64,000 nt of DNA from Desulfuromonadales bacterium (GTDB taxonomy: Bacteria; Desulfobacterota; Desulfuromonadia; Desulfuromonadales; Geopsychrobacteraceae). The first letter of the stretch is position 1, and every line of letters starts with the position of its first letter. The notes below the pieces were generated by a model. The model saw only the letters and a list, made by a program, of their open reading frames with translations, searched no databases and had not been told where the DNA came from. The stretch covers positions 2,505 through 66,504 of the forward strand of contig JAHYIY010000012.1 in the NCBI GenBank assembly GCA_019429255.1, given 5' to 3'. Shown here piece by piece: positions 1-9,240 of the stretch. A program made the position numbers and the translations under genes.

Positions 1-1327
1 GTAGGGGCACTCCCCTCAGATCGAGTTTGAGGTTACCGGACAGGGCATCAATAGCGCCCTGCACCTGGAAGTTGCCACGGAAGGGCGATCGATCTGCAGC
101 CCCAACACCGGCGGATGGCTGCGGCCGAAGGCTATGAAAATCACCGCTCAGCTCTAGAACCTGGTTCAGCCAGCTGGTCCGTGCTGTCCATTCAAGGCCA
201 CCGCTGACGGGCAGGGCTTGGTCTTGGCCTACGACCTTTGGTATCCGCGCCAGATCGCGGAAAGTTCCTTGTCCTGTGGCAACCACATGCCCATCCGTTC
301 CCTGCACAGCAAAAGATACGGGGGAGCCTTCTGCCAGTTGCGCTTCGCCGACGGCCTGCCACTGGTGCCGATCTCCGGCACCACTCAGCCGCAGATTGTT
401 TGCCTGAAAACGCACGTCACCTTTTGTCAGTTGCAGCGCTGCAGCGGCAAGTTGGCCTTGCACCTGCCCTCCACGTATTTCTACCCCCAGGCGCAGGTTC
501 TGTACGGAAAAGTCGACGTCAGGCGCAAGTAGCTGTTGCATCCCTGCGAGCGCCAACCAGGGGTCCAGTTGTGCCCGGTCAACGTGAGCCAGCACCAGTT
601 CTCCCCCGGCGGCCAGCCCTTCGGCGGCAGGGCGCAGGGTTAAGGGCGTTGTGAGCAGTGAGTGGCCATCGATGTTCACTTCATTCAGTTGCACTTGCAG
701 TTGCGGATCGGTCTCCCATTGCCATTGCCCGGAGGTAGAGAGCTTAAGTGGCGTCTCCCCTTGCACCGTAACCGTCAGACGAAAACTTCGCGATGGTGCA
801 TGATGCAGATCGAATTCAATGGCGCGCACTGCAACCACCTGATCCGTTAACACAAGATCAAAGCGACCACCGGTAACTGTCAACAGGTCGATGCTGATCG
901 GAGGTTTGCGCAATCTGAAGGGGGTGGAGTTGTTATTGTCAGGTAAAAAGGTCGGGTTAAAATAGACTTCCGGTTGTTCCACCCGCAGGGAATCGAGTCG
1001 CCCACGCCATAAGTTTCCGAGGTTGAAATCCAGGATCAGAGCGGGCACTGTCACGTAATAGAGATCGGCATGATCTACTGTCAAGCCACGCATGCGTAGC
1101 TGACCACGATCCAACGCGAGCTGTTCAATTGTTACCAGGGCTGCGAGATTTGTGCTCAGAAACTGCTCAAGGCGGGGTTTGGCGATGTTGTTCAGCAGCG
1201 GGGTGCGATAATGCCACAAGGCAAACATTATCATCAGCAGCAGCGCCAGCGCTGGAACAGTAAATCCTGCAATCCTCAAGCATTGCTGGAAGCGACTGCG
1301 CTGCTGATTGTATCGAGGTGATGTCAT
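1..1327 (-). CDS. AsmA-like / DUF748-type envelope assembly protein, N-terminal part (gene runs off the left edge)
   Basis: Minus-strand frame from ATG at 1327 (MTSPRYNQQRSRFQQCLRIAGFTVPALALLLMIMFALWHYRTPLLNNIAKPRLEQFL...). The first ~100 codons were hand-translated with no stop. No competing long ORF in the track. One N-terminal TM helix, then repetitive beta-rich sequence. Confidence 0.4.
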   Translation of the reverse strand, partial: MTSPRYNQQRSRFQQCLRIAGFTVPALALLLMIMFALWHYRTPLLNNIAKPRLEQFLSTNLAALVTIEQLALDRGQLRMRGLTVDHADLYYVTVPALILDFNLGNLWRGRLDSLRVEQPEVYFNPTFLPDNNNSTPFRLRKPPISIDLLTVTGGRFDLVLTDQVVAVRAIEFDLHHAPSRSFRLTVTVQGETPLKLSTSGQWQWETDPQLQVQLNEVNIDGHSLLTTPLTLRPAAEGLAAGGELVLAHVDRAQLDPWLALAGMQQLLAPDVDFSVQNLRLGVEIRGGQVQGQLAAAALQLTKGDVRFQANNLRLSGAGDRHQWQAVGEAQLAEGSPVSFAVQGTDGHVVATGQGTFRDLARIPKVVGQDQALPVSGGLEWTARTSWLNQVLELSGDFHSLRPQPSAGVGAADRSPFRGNFQVQGAIDALSGNLKLDLRGVPL

Positions 1328-1357
1328 CTGCTGTGCGCCCTCCCTTTTGCCCTGCTG

Positions 1358-1433
1358 TTGCCGCCATCCATGGCGACCAACACCCTTGCCACAGGAACCC
1401 CGGCCCTGCGCCAGGACAGCAGTGAATAGTTAC
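1358..1433 (+). repeat. Family-A structured repeat, right-half copy (A1)
   Basis: gttgccgccatccatggcgaccaacacccttgccacaggaaccccggccctgcgccaggacagcagtgaatagttac aligns with the right halves of the copies at 34027-34173 and 44691-44845. Confidence 0.55.
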
Positions 1434-1613
1434 CTTTAGCATAGCAAAAGTAGACGCCCTTTCCGGCAGAGATTTTCGCCAGTTGGCGCTGATCAGTGCG
1501 AATAAATTGACCGCAACAATGATGCGCCAATAATTCATCTGGAAATTATCACCCTGATCCGCTATGCATATGCAGGGTTCATTGTGTCACTTTTGCCACC
1601 AACGGGAGTTGTC

Positions 1614-1841
1614 ATGATTCCGCAAAAGTATGAGTTTTTTGTGTTCACCTTTTTGATGTCGCTGTGTATGTCATTCTTTATGTCAGGAGTGATTACTTTC
1701 ATCAATATGGGATTGGTTGAAGGGTTTGCCGAGTTGTGGATCGAAGCCTTCATCAAGGCTTTTGTGGTGGCCTATCCGACGATTATGATTGTCGTGCCCC
1801 AGGTTCGCCGGGTTGTCAAACTGGTGGTGCGCCAGGGTTGA
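1614..1841 (+). CDS. DUF2798-family small membrane protein
   Basis: MIPQKYEFFVFTFLMSLCMSFFMSGVITFINMGLVEGF... two-TM pattern typical of DUF2798. ATG 1614 follows GGAG. The track ORF starts upstream at 1584. Confidence 0.7.
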   Translation: MIPQKYEFFVFTFLMSLCMSFFMSGVITFINMGLVEGFAELWIEAFIKAFVVAYPTIMIVVPQVRRVVKLVVRQG

Positions 1842-1849
1842 ATATGCTA

Positions 1850-3427
1850 TCAGGTCGTAGTTTCGGCCTTTTTTGTTTGGCGTCGACACCACCAGTCATA
1901 GGCTCCACTCAGACACAGCAGCAACAGGATAATGCCACTAAGCGGGATAATCAGCAGATACCAGGGACCAAGCCAGGGTTCGAAGATGCGCCCGTTGTGG
2001 AATTCGAACAGGTAATGCCACATCGACATGGGCGCTGCCGCTGCAATTTCAGCGGGCATGACAGGTAATAATGGCTGACCTGCAGTCATCGGCAGCATTC
2101 CATCATGGTAGTCGAAACGCACATAGGGCCGGTTACCTGCCATGACCACGCCACTGACCAGGTCATTGCTCTGGTAGGGGTTGCTTTCCTGTAGTCCGGG
2201 ACGCCGCAGCCGCCAGATTCGTCCCTGATGTTCCTCAACCACAAAGAGCCCGCTGAACGAGCCGATCAGCAGTTGGTCGTTCTCCATCCCCTCTAACACC
2301 GTAACCCCCATGCCGTGGATGGGCACCGGGAGCTGCAGGCGCTTAAATTTCCCATCCAGATCGGCCGGGCCATGCCACAGGCCATTCTCGGTTGAGATAA
2401 CGATGGTGCCGTTGCTGCCGGCAGTAGCGGACTGAATCTTGCCGCCGAAGCCTGCCGAGCGAGGTGAAAAGCGCAACAAGGGGTTGCCCGCATCGAGACT
2501 GTGATTGACTGTCGCTAAGAGCAAGGGGGGGCGCAGGAAAATACCCGACCCGGCCAGAATGATCAGGATGACAACAATCCAGATGCCCAGTTTCAAGTGA
2601 TGTTTCCAGCACCAGCGAAAAAAGCTGCCGGGCGGCTGCCGCAAGGTAGGCCACTTACGATTGCGCCAGGGCACAAACCAGATCACCAGCCCGCTAACGC
2701 CGAGAATCACCAGAATGATGGCGCTGATATCCAGCAGGATTTTTCCCGGCGTAGCGAGAATAGTGCCGTTGTGGATGTCGTGCAGTATCCTGAACAACGG
2801 CACTTTAGTGGCGTCATCCTGCTCGGCAACGGCAAGCTTCGCCGGGGTGAAATTCAGGGCTGCGGCCTCTGCCTGCCAGGCAGCTTTTTCCGAAAAAGCG
2901 ACAATCCGGTCAGCGGTTTTAACCAGCGCCACCATGCGCGGCGACGCTGGAGCGCCCGGCAGGACAACCTGCGCCCAGGGATTGTTACCATGCTTTTGAT
3001 AGAGTCCACTGCGGGTTGCCGCCAGCAGGATACGATCAGCGGAATCTTGATTGAGAATCACCAGCGCGGCAGTGTCGCGGTCATAAGCTGCCGGCGGAAA
3101 GCCTTCATCCACAAGGGTGAAACTGCGTCCCTGATCGTCACTGCGGGCAACGCCCGCTTTTCCCGCCAGGTACCAGGTGCCGTCGGCGCTGATGGTGCCG
3201 CTACGAACCAGCATACGATTCCAGTTCTGGTAGCTGTAATCGGTCGGCACCAGGCTTTGCGGCGTATCGATGGAGCTGATCCACGCGGGATGATTAAGCA
3301 GCAGGCCTGATGCTCCCATGGCCGTCAGATACAGTCCCAGGATCAGTCCCAGATATTTGTGAATTGCGCGGGAAATACGAAAACTGCGACGTGCCATCCA
3401 TGTTATCCTTGGGTATCTGTTCAGCAC
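1850..3427 (-). CDS. PepSY-associated TM-helix protein (PiuB-like)
   Basis: 525-aa ORF. N-terminal RSFRISRAIHKYLGLILGLYL motif plus several TM segments around a large periplasmic region. Alternative start at 3397. Confidence 0.75.
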   Translation of the reverse strand: MLNRYPRITWMARRSFRISRAIHKYLGLILGLYLTAMGASGLLLNHPAWISSIDTPQSLVPTDYSYQNWNRMLVRSGTISADGTWYLAGKAGVARSDDQGRSFTLVDEGFPPAAYDRDTAALVILNQDSADRILLAATRSGLYQKHGNNPWAQVVLPGAPASPRMVALVKTADRIVAFSEKAAWQAEAAALNFTPAKLAVAEQDDATKVPLFRILHDIHNGTILATPGKILLDISAIILVILGVSGLVIWFVPWRNRKWPTLRQPPGSFFRWCWKHHLKLGIWIVVILIILAGSGIFLRPPLLLATVNHSLDAGNPLLRFSPRSAGFGGKIQSATAGSNGTIVISTENGLWHGPADLDGKFKRLQLPVPIHGMGVTVLEGMENDQLLIGSFSGLFVVEEHQGRIWRLRRPGLQESNPYQSNDLVSGVVMAGNRPYVRFDYHDGMLPMTAGQPLLPVMPAEIAAAAPMSMWHYLFEFHNGRIFEPWLGPWYLLIIPLSGIILLLLCLSGAYDWWCRRQTKKAETTT

Positions 3428-3435
3428 CGGGTCAG

Positions 3436-3469
3436 GACTCCTGTGGCAAGGATAGAGCAGAATAGTTAC
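3436..3469 (+). repeat. Family-A repeat, terminal fragment (A2)
   Basis: gactcctgtggcaaggatagagcagaatagttac matches the last ~33 nt of the family-A consensus (..cctgcgcaaggatagNgctgaatagttac). Confidence 0.45.
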
Positions 3470-3559
3470 ATCCTTGGCAAATAAATCGATACCTTCTCGT
3501 AGGTGCTGTTACCGGAGATTAGCGTAAAAAATGGTGTCAACCTTTGATGCAAATCAATT

Positions 3560-4432
3560 TTGTTTCTTCTTCGCCACCGGAGAAATGTTTTGAGTGGTTT
3601 TTTTGAGCATTTGCCCGCAACAGGTGCCATCTGTGCCCACCGGGGCGCACGTTCCATCGCTCCGGAGAATACCCTGCTGGCGTTCGAGGCGGCTCAGCGC
3701 GGTGGTGCTCATTTGCTGGAAACCGATGTGCAGATGAGCGCTGATGAACAGCTGGTGCTCTTTCATGATCGTGGCCTTAAGCGCACCACCAATGTTGCCG
3801 ATCACCCGGCCTTTGTCGGCAGAGCCCGCAAAGCTCTGACCTCTTTCGCTTACGAAGAATTGCGGTTGCTCGACGCCGGTAGCTGGTTTTTGCAGCAGGA
3901 TCCCTTCAAAACACTCGCCCAAAACGAGGTTCCTGCAACCATCACCCAGCAAATTCCTGAGCAACGAATTCCCTTGCTTAAAGAGGTTCTTGAGCACTGC
4001 CGCACGCATGATTTTCCCATTAATCTGGAAATCAAGGGCAAGCTGCCGCGCGCTAAAATGCACCGCCGTCTTGAGTTGCTGGTGGATGAAATCAAGCGCG
4101 CCGGATGTGAGGATCTGATCCTGGTATCCTCCTTCGAGCATGACAACCTGCATCTTCTTAAAACCCTCCGTCCAGCGCTGGCCACAGCGGCTCTGGTCGA
4201 AAGAAGCCATCCCCGTCATCTGCTCAACTACCTGCAAGAGCTGCAGGTGGCTGCTTACCATCCCCGTCATGATCTGGTTGACGAAAAACTGATCCAATGC
4301 CTTGCTGCCGCCGGTATCAAAACCAATATCTGGACAGTTAATGACCCGCAACGCTTTGGTTTTTTTGCCGCCGCAGGAGCGACCTTTATCTGTACCGACT
4401 GGCCGCAGACCATGGCGTCACCAGCGCAGTAG
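3560..4432 (+). CDS. Glycerophosphodiester phosphodiesterase (GDPD family)
   Basis: HRGARSIAPENTLLAFEAA...ETDVQMSADEQLVLFHD catalytic-region motifs. Start uncertain (TTG 3560 or TTG 3590). Confidence 0.85.
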   Translation: MFLLRHRRNVLSGFFEHLPATGAICAHRGARSIAPENTLLAFEAAQRGGAHLLETDVQMSADEQLVLFHDRGLKRTTNVADHPAFVGRARKALTSFAYEELRLLDAGSWFLQQDPFKTLAQNEVPATITQQIPEQRIPLLKEVLEHCRTHDFPINLEIKGKLPRAKMHRRLELLVDEIKRAGCEDLILVSSFEHDNLHLLKTLRPALATAALVERSHPRHLLNYLQELQVAAYHPRHDLVDEKLIQCLAAAGIKTNIWTVNDPQRFGFFAAAGATFICTDWPQTMASPAQ

Positions 4433-4525
4433 CCCCTGCCGGGGCACAGGGTTGCTCAGCCGCCGGCGCCGACTATTTATCAGATTACCCCACCCCAAAA
4501 AGTGTTAGAAGTTTGAAAACATCCA

Positions 4526-4554
4526 TTGACAATGGTGACAATTGAGCATTATAT
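4526..4554 (+). promoter_or_regulatory. Candidate sigma70 promoter for the regulator/Ehr operon
   Basis: TTGACA (4526-4531), 17-nt spacer, TTATAT (4549-4554). Followed by inverted repeat ATGTCA-N7-TGACAT (4563-4581) and RBS GGAGGAG (4591-4597). Confidence 0.45.
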
Positions 4555-4596
4555 GTCCAAAGATGTCACATGAAATGACATGAGTCGTATGGAGGA

Positions 4597-5277
4597 GTGA
4601 TGAATCTTTCAGTCAAGGATGCGGCCAAACTGCTTGCGGTTGCAGAAAAAACTATTTATCGCTGGATTAAACAGGACATTGTTCCTGCCTATAAAATAAA
4701 CGAAAATTATCGTTTTAATCGCGCCGAACTGCTGGAATGGGCGACCTCGCGCCGCATGGGCGTGTCGGTGGAGGCTTTTAATGAACCGGAAACCGTTGCT
4801 CAACCCTTGCCTGCGTTGAGCGAAGCGTTGGAGAGCGGCGGGATTTTTTATCGAGTTGGCGGTGACACCAGAAAAAAGGTGTTGCTGGATGTTGTTAATC
4901 ATTTACGTCTGCCCGATGAGGTTGACCGCGACTATCTCTTCAGAGTGTTGCTGGCACGGGAAAAAATAGCCAGTACCGCCGTCGGCAATGGTATCGCTTT
5001 TCCGCACCCGCGCAACCCGATTCTGCTGCATGTCACCAGGCCGACCGTTACTCTTTGCTTTCTCGACAATCCGGTCAATTTTTATGCTCTTGATGGTCTG
5101 CCGGTAAGGATTCTCTTTACCCTGGTCACGCCAACCCTGCGTTCTCATCTGCATCTGCTGTCGAAACTGGCGTTTGCCCTGAAGAACAAGAATTTCGAGC
5201 GGGTTGTTCAGAACCAGGGAAGTCGGGAAGAAATTATCGCGGCACTCCGGTTGGCTGAACAGAAGCTGGTGCTCTGA
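4597..5277 (+). CDS. HTH (excisionase/MerR-like) - PTS EIIA(Ntr/Fru-type) fusion regulator
   Basis: N-terminus KDAAKLLAVAEKTIYRWIKQDIVPAYK (HTH_17-like). C-terminal EIIA-2 domain keeps the phosphorylatable His in GNGIAFPHPRNP. Its stop overlaps the next ATG (ATGA at 5275-5279). Confidence 0.75.
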   Translation: MMNLSVKDAAKLLAVAEKTIYRWIKQDIVPAYKINENYRFNRAELLEWATSRRMGVSVEAFNEPETVAQPLPALSEALESGGIFYRVGGDTRKKVLLDVVNHLRLPDEVDRDYLFRVLLAREKIASTAVGNGIAFPHPRNPILLHVTRPTVTLCFLDNPVNFYALDGLPVRILFTLVTPTLRSHLHLLSKLAFALKNKNFERVVQNQGSREEIIAALRLAEQKLVL

Positions 5278-7268
5278 TGGCTGGATTATGGCTGCTATCC
5301 TTGCTGCTGCCGGTATTCGGTGCACTACTGGTTGTGCCTTTGTGTCGCTACGCAACCTTAAGTGCCGGAATTGCCGCAGTGACGACCGTGCTGGCGGCGA
5401 TTCCCGGTATCTACGTCTCATTTTCCCTGCTGGGTGGTCATCCGCCTGTTTCCATCGCTTATGCCTGGTCATTGCCTGGTGGCGCTTTGCAGATTGATGT
5501 TGACGCAGTGAGCGCATTTTTTCTGTTGCCGGTTTTTATTCTGTCCCCGTTGTGTGCCATTTACGGTGGCGCCTATCTGCACCAGGTCAAAGGAAAGCTG
5601 CTGGGATTTCACTGGGCTTTTTTTCTACTGCTGGTGGCGTCGATGATCCTGGTCTTAAGCGCTGGTCAGGTCTTTCTGTTTCTCGTTGCCTGGGAATTGA
5701 TGTCATTGACGTCATTCTTTCTGGTGGCTTTTGATCAACAGGAAAGGGAAGTGAGGCAGGCCGCCTGGGTCTATCTGGTGGCAAGTCACATCGGGGTCAC
5801 CCTGTTGCTCGGTTTTTTTCTGTATAGCAGCCAATGGAGCGGCAGTTTGTTGTTTTCTGACTTTCAGGCGTTGAAGTCTATCTCCCCAAGCCTGGCAACC
5901 GGACTGTTTCTGCTGGCGGTTACAGGTTTTGGCATCAAGGCCGGGTTGTTCCCCCTGCATGTCTGGCTGCCGGAAGCTCACCCGGCGGCTCCCAGCCACG
6001 TGTCGGCGCTGATGTCGGCGGTCATGGTTAACCTGGGAATCTACGGGATCCTGCGGGTTGTGACCTGGTTGCCGCAAGCACCCGCCTGGTGGGGACTGTT
6101 GCTGGCCGGATTCGGCATTGCAGGGGCGCTGTACGGCATTGCCCTGGCCGCCGTTCAGCAGGATATCAAGCGCTGTCTGGCCTATTCCACGGTGGAAAAT
6201 GTCGGAATCATTTTTGTTGGTCTCGGTGTGGGGATCTATGCCGGCGCTGCGGGTTTCCCCGGCGTCGCCCTACTCGCTTTTGCCGGGGCGCTATTACATC
6301 TGTGGAACCATTCGTTGTTTAAGGGGATGCTGTTTCTCGGCGCCGGGAATCTGGTACACGCAACCGCTACGCGCAACATGAATCAGTTAGGTGGCTTAAT
6401 GAAGCGCCTGCCGGCCACCTCGCTGCTGCTGATCGGCGGCAGTGTCGCGATTACCGCGTTGCCGCCGTTCAACGGTTTTATTAGTGAATGGCTGATCTAC
6501 CTGGGGTTACTCCACGGTGGACTGGAGATGCCACGGGCCATGGGGCTGCCGCTGTTGCTCCTGGTAAGTCTGCTGGCGCTGGTTGGTGCGGCGGCCATCC
6601 TGGTGTTTGTCCGGTTGGTGGGAATTTCCGTATTGGGCAACCCGCGTTCGGCAGCGGCAGCTAGTGCCCATGAAGGGAGCATCTTGCTGCTGGCACCTCC
6701 CGCTATTTTGTTGGCTGGTTGTGTGCTGATCGGACTCAATCCGTTGCCGGTGCTGGATCTGCTCAGGGCTCCTGTGGTGTTGTTGATCAAAACGGAGTTG
6801 CTGCCGGTGCTGACGTTGACCGCTTTTACCGGGCTGGGTCGGGGGGTATGGTTGCTGTTGGCGTTGATTGTCGGCATGGCCTTGTTGCTTTTTGTGCAAC
6901 GTTACCGCCATCCTGCTGTCGTCGCAGCAACCTGGGGCTGTGGCTTTGCCCTGCCGAATAATCGCATGTCCTACAACGCCACGGCCTTTAGCGAGCTTGC
7001 TCACAATCATTTGCTGCCGCGTACCCTGCGCCCGGAAGTTGTAGCCGCGCCGGTAACAACATTTTTTCCTCAGGCAGCACAGCTGTCGCAACAGTCATCC
7101 GATCCGGTTCTGAATCGCCTGCTGCAACTGTTTTTCACCAGGATAGCAAATCTGTGTCAACGGTTGCGCTGGTTTCAGCAGGGGCGTTTGCCGATTTATC
7201 TGCTCTATATTTTTCTGACCTGTATCGGCCTGATGATCTGGTCGCTATGGGTTTTTGGTGGAGGTTGA
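5277..7268 (+). CDS. HyfB/NuoL-type proton-antiporter-like subunit, paralogue 1 (EhrA-like)
   Basis: 663 aa, polytopic. WELMSL...GIKAGLFPLHVWLPEAHPAAPSHVSALMS motif of the Mrp/NuoL/HyfB family. Confidence 0.85.
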   Translation: MAGLWLLSLLLPVFGALLVVPLCRYATLSAGIAAVTTVLAAIPGIYVSFSLLGGHPPVSIAYAWSLPGGALQIDVDAVSAFFLLPVFILSPLCAIYGGAYLHQVKGKLLGFHWAFFLLLVASMILVLSAGQVFLFLVAWELMSLTSFFLVAFDQQEREVRQAAWVYLVASHIGVTLLLGFFLYSSQWSGSLLFSDFQALKSISPSLATGLFLLAVTGFGIKAGLFPLHVWLPEAHPAAPSHVSALMSAVMVNLGIYGILRVVTWLPQAPAWWGLLLAGFGIAGALYGIALAAVQQDIKRCLAYSTVENVGIIFVGLGVGIYAGAAGFPGVALLAFAGALLHLWNHSLFKGMLFLGAGNLVHATATRNMNQLGGLMKRLPATSLLLIGGSVAITALPPFNGFISEWLIYLGLLHGGLEMPRAMGLPLLLLVSLLALVGAAAILVFVRLVGISVLGNPRSAAAASAHEGSILLLAPPAILLAGCVLIGLNPLPVLDLLRAPVVLLIKTELLPVLTLTAFTGLGRGVWLLLALIVGMALLLFVQRYRHPAVVAATWGCGFALPNNRMSYNATAFSELAHNHLLPRTLRPEVVAAPVTTFFPQAAQLSQQSSDPVLNRLLQLFFTRIANLCQRLRWFQQGRLPIYLLYIFLTCIGLMIWSLWVFGGG

Positions 7269-7269
7269 A

Positions 7270-9240
7270 ATGTCCTGGTTGCTGACGGCAGTGGCTCTAG
7301 CCGGACTGTCCGGCGTTCCCGGGCTGTTTATGAATCGCTATGGCAGTGGCGGTGAGCGGATCGCTTGTGCTTTGATCGTTGCTGCCGCACTATGCGGCCT
7401 CGGCGCTGTAGTCCAGGTTTTTTATGATGGTGATCCGTTGCTGCTGGCCTGGTCGTGGAAGATCCCCGGGGCAGCTTTTATTGTGCGTCTGGACGCTCTG
7501 GCGGCATTTTTCCTGATGCCTCTGTGCCTGGTCGCGGCAGCGGGGGCCATTTACGGACTGACGTATATGGCCCAATCCCACCACCCTGAAAACGGCAGAC
7601 AGTTCCGCTTATTTTATGGCCTGGTAGTGGCAGCAGTGATGCTGGTGGTCTGTGCCGGCAACAGCTTGTTATTTCTTTTTGCCTGGGAGTTGATGGCGGT
7701 TTCCGGATTTTTTCTGATCACTGCGGATGACCAATTGGAAGAGGCCCGCAAGGCGGGTTTTGTTTATCTGGCGGCCTCCCACACCGGCGTTTTGGCCCTG
7801 CTCGCCATGTTCGTGTTGCTGGAACAGGGCAGCGGATCTTTTACTTTCCCAGCGGCTGGCCTGTTGGTTGCTCAAGGTGGGTCGGCGGCGGCGATATTTC
7901 TGTTGGGCCTGTTCGGTTTCGGGCTGAAGGCGGGCTTGATTCCGCTGCACATCTGGTTGCCTGCCGCCCACGCTGCCGCGCCGAGTCACGCATCGGCCCT
8001 GCTGTCCGGTGTGATGATCAAGACCGGTATTTACGGACTGACGCGCCTGACCTCATTTTTCTGTGAGATTCCATTCTGGTGGGGAGGATCCCTGCTGGCG
8101 CTGGGGGCCCTGTCGGCGGTGTTCGGGGTGGTTCTGGCCCTGGCACAACATGATATCAAACGCTTGCTGGCTTACCACAGTGTTGAAAATATCGGCATCA
8201 TTGCCCTAGGTCTCGGCATGGCGCTGGTCGGTCGCAGTCTGGGAGAGCCTCTACTGGTGATGCTTGGTTTGGGGGGTGCCTTGTTACACGTCGTCAATCA
8301 CGGGTTGTTTAAATCATTACTGTTTTTAAGTGTCGGCTCCGTGGTTCAGGCAACAGGGACGCGTGATCTCAGCCAATATGGCGGTTTATCAAAGCATCAA
8401 CCGCTGACGGCTTTGTTGTTTCTGGGCGGCGCGGTAGCGATCAGCGGATTGCCACCTTTTAATGGATTTATCAGCGAGTGGTTGATTTACACGGGTGTTT
8501 TTTCCAGCGCCGGGAAAGATGTTGGCGGTGGCATCGCCATTCTGCTGATTGCCCCGGTGCTGGCGCTGACCGGAGCCCTGGCCCTGGCCTGCTTTGTCAA
8601 GGTTTTCGGCATGACCTTTCTGGGTCATCCCCGCAGTGACGCTGTCGTGCAGGCCAAGGAGGCACCGGCATTGATGCTGGCGCCGATGATGGTGCTGTTG
8701 GGCTTTTGTGCCTGGATCGGGTTGCTGCCGCAGACGCTGGGCCCGTTGTTGCTCAAAGCTGTGGGCGACTGGAACAGCGCAGCCCTGGAAATGCCGACAG
8801 CCATGCCGCTGCAGTCATTGACCAATATCAGTGTTTTTGCCTGGGTGCTATTGCTGACCTGTGGTTTGTTGTTCTGGTGGTTACAGCGCCGCCGGCACCA
8901 TGTGGTGCCCGGCCTGGGGACTTGGGGCTGTGGTTATCAGCTACCAAATCAACGCATGCAATACAGTGCCGGCTCCTTTGCCGACACGATAGTCGCACTG
9001 TTCCGCTTTGGACTCTGGACCCGGCGCCATGGCGGGCAGGCCGGCGGGTTGTTTCCCGCAGAGGAGCACTTTGCCTGCCATACGCCCGATATCGTTCTGG
9101 ATCGGGCGATATTACCGGCAAGTAGTGGTATCAGCTGGTTGTTTGTGCGGTTGCGGTCATGGGTGCAGAACGGACTTCTGGCATTTTATCTGCTCTATAT
9201 TGCCCTGACGCTGATATTTTTTCTGTTGTGGTTTATGTGA
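7270..9240 (+). CDS. HyfB/NuoL-type proton-antiporter-like subunit, paralogue 2 (EhrA-like)
   Basis: ~656 aa. WELMAV...GLKAGLIPLHIWLPAAHAAAPSHASALLS. ATG 7270 lies 2 nt after the upstream stop and is preceded by GGTGGAGG. Confidence 0.85.
   Translation: MSWLLTAVALAGLSGVPGLFMNRYGSGGERIACALIVAAALCGLGAVVQVFYDGDPLLLAWSWKIPGAAFIVRLDALAAFFLMPLCLVAAAGAIYGLTYMAQSHHPENGRQFRLFYGLVVAAVMLVVCAGNSLLFLFAWELMAVSGFFLITADDQLEEARKAGFVYLAASHTGVLALLAMFVLLEQGSGSFTFPAAGLLVAQGGSAAAIFLLGLFGFGLKAGLIPLHIWLPAAHAAAPSHASALLSGVMIKTGIYGLTRLTSFFCEIPFWWGGSLLALGALSAVFGVVLALAQHDIKRLLAYHSVENIGIIALGLGMALVGRSLGEPLLVMLGLGGALLHVVNHGLFKSLLFLSVGSVVQATGTRDLSQYGGLSKHQPLTALLFLGGAVAISGLPPFNGFISEWLIYTGVFSSAGKDVGGGIAILLIAPVLALTGALALACFVKVFGMTFLGHPRSDAVVQAKEAPALMLAPMMVLLGFCAWIGLLPQTLGPLLLKAVGDWNSAALEMPTAMPLQSLTNISVFAWVLLLTCGLLFWWLQRRRHHVVPGLGTWGCGYQLPNQRMQYSAGSFADTIVALFRFGLWTRRHGGQAGGLFPAEEHFACHTPDIVLDRAILPASSGISWLFVRLRSWVQNGLLAFYLLYIALTLIFFLLWFM

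Noticed and set aside
4443-4456. Sigma54-like motif GGCAC-AGGG-TTGC just after the phosphodiesterase stop, upstream of the regulator/Ehr operon
   Set aside because: The spacing between the GG and GC elements is one nucleotide too short (N4 instead of N5). A much better sigma70 promoter lies 70 nt downstream.
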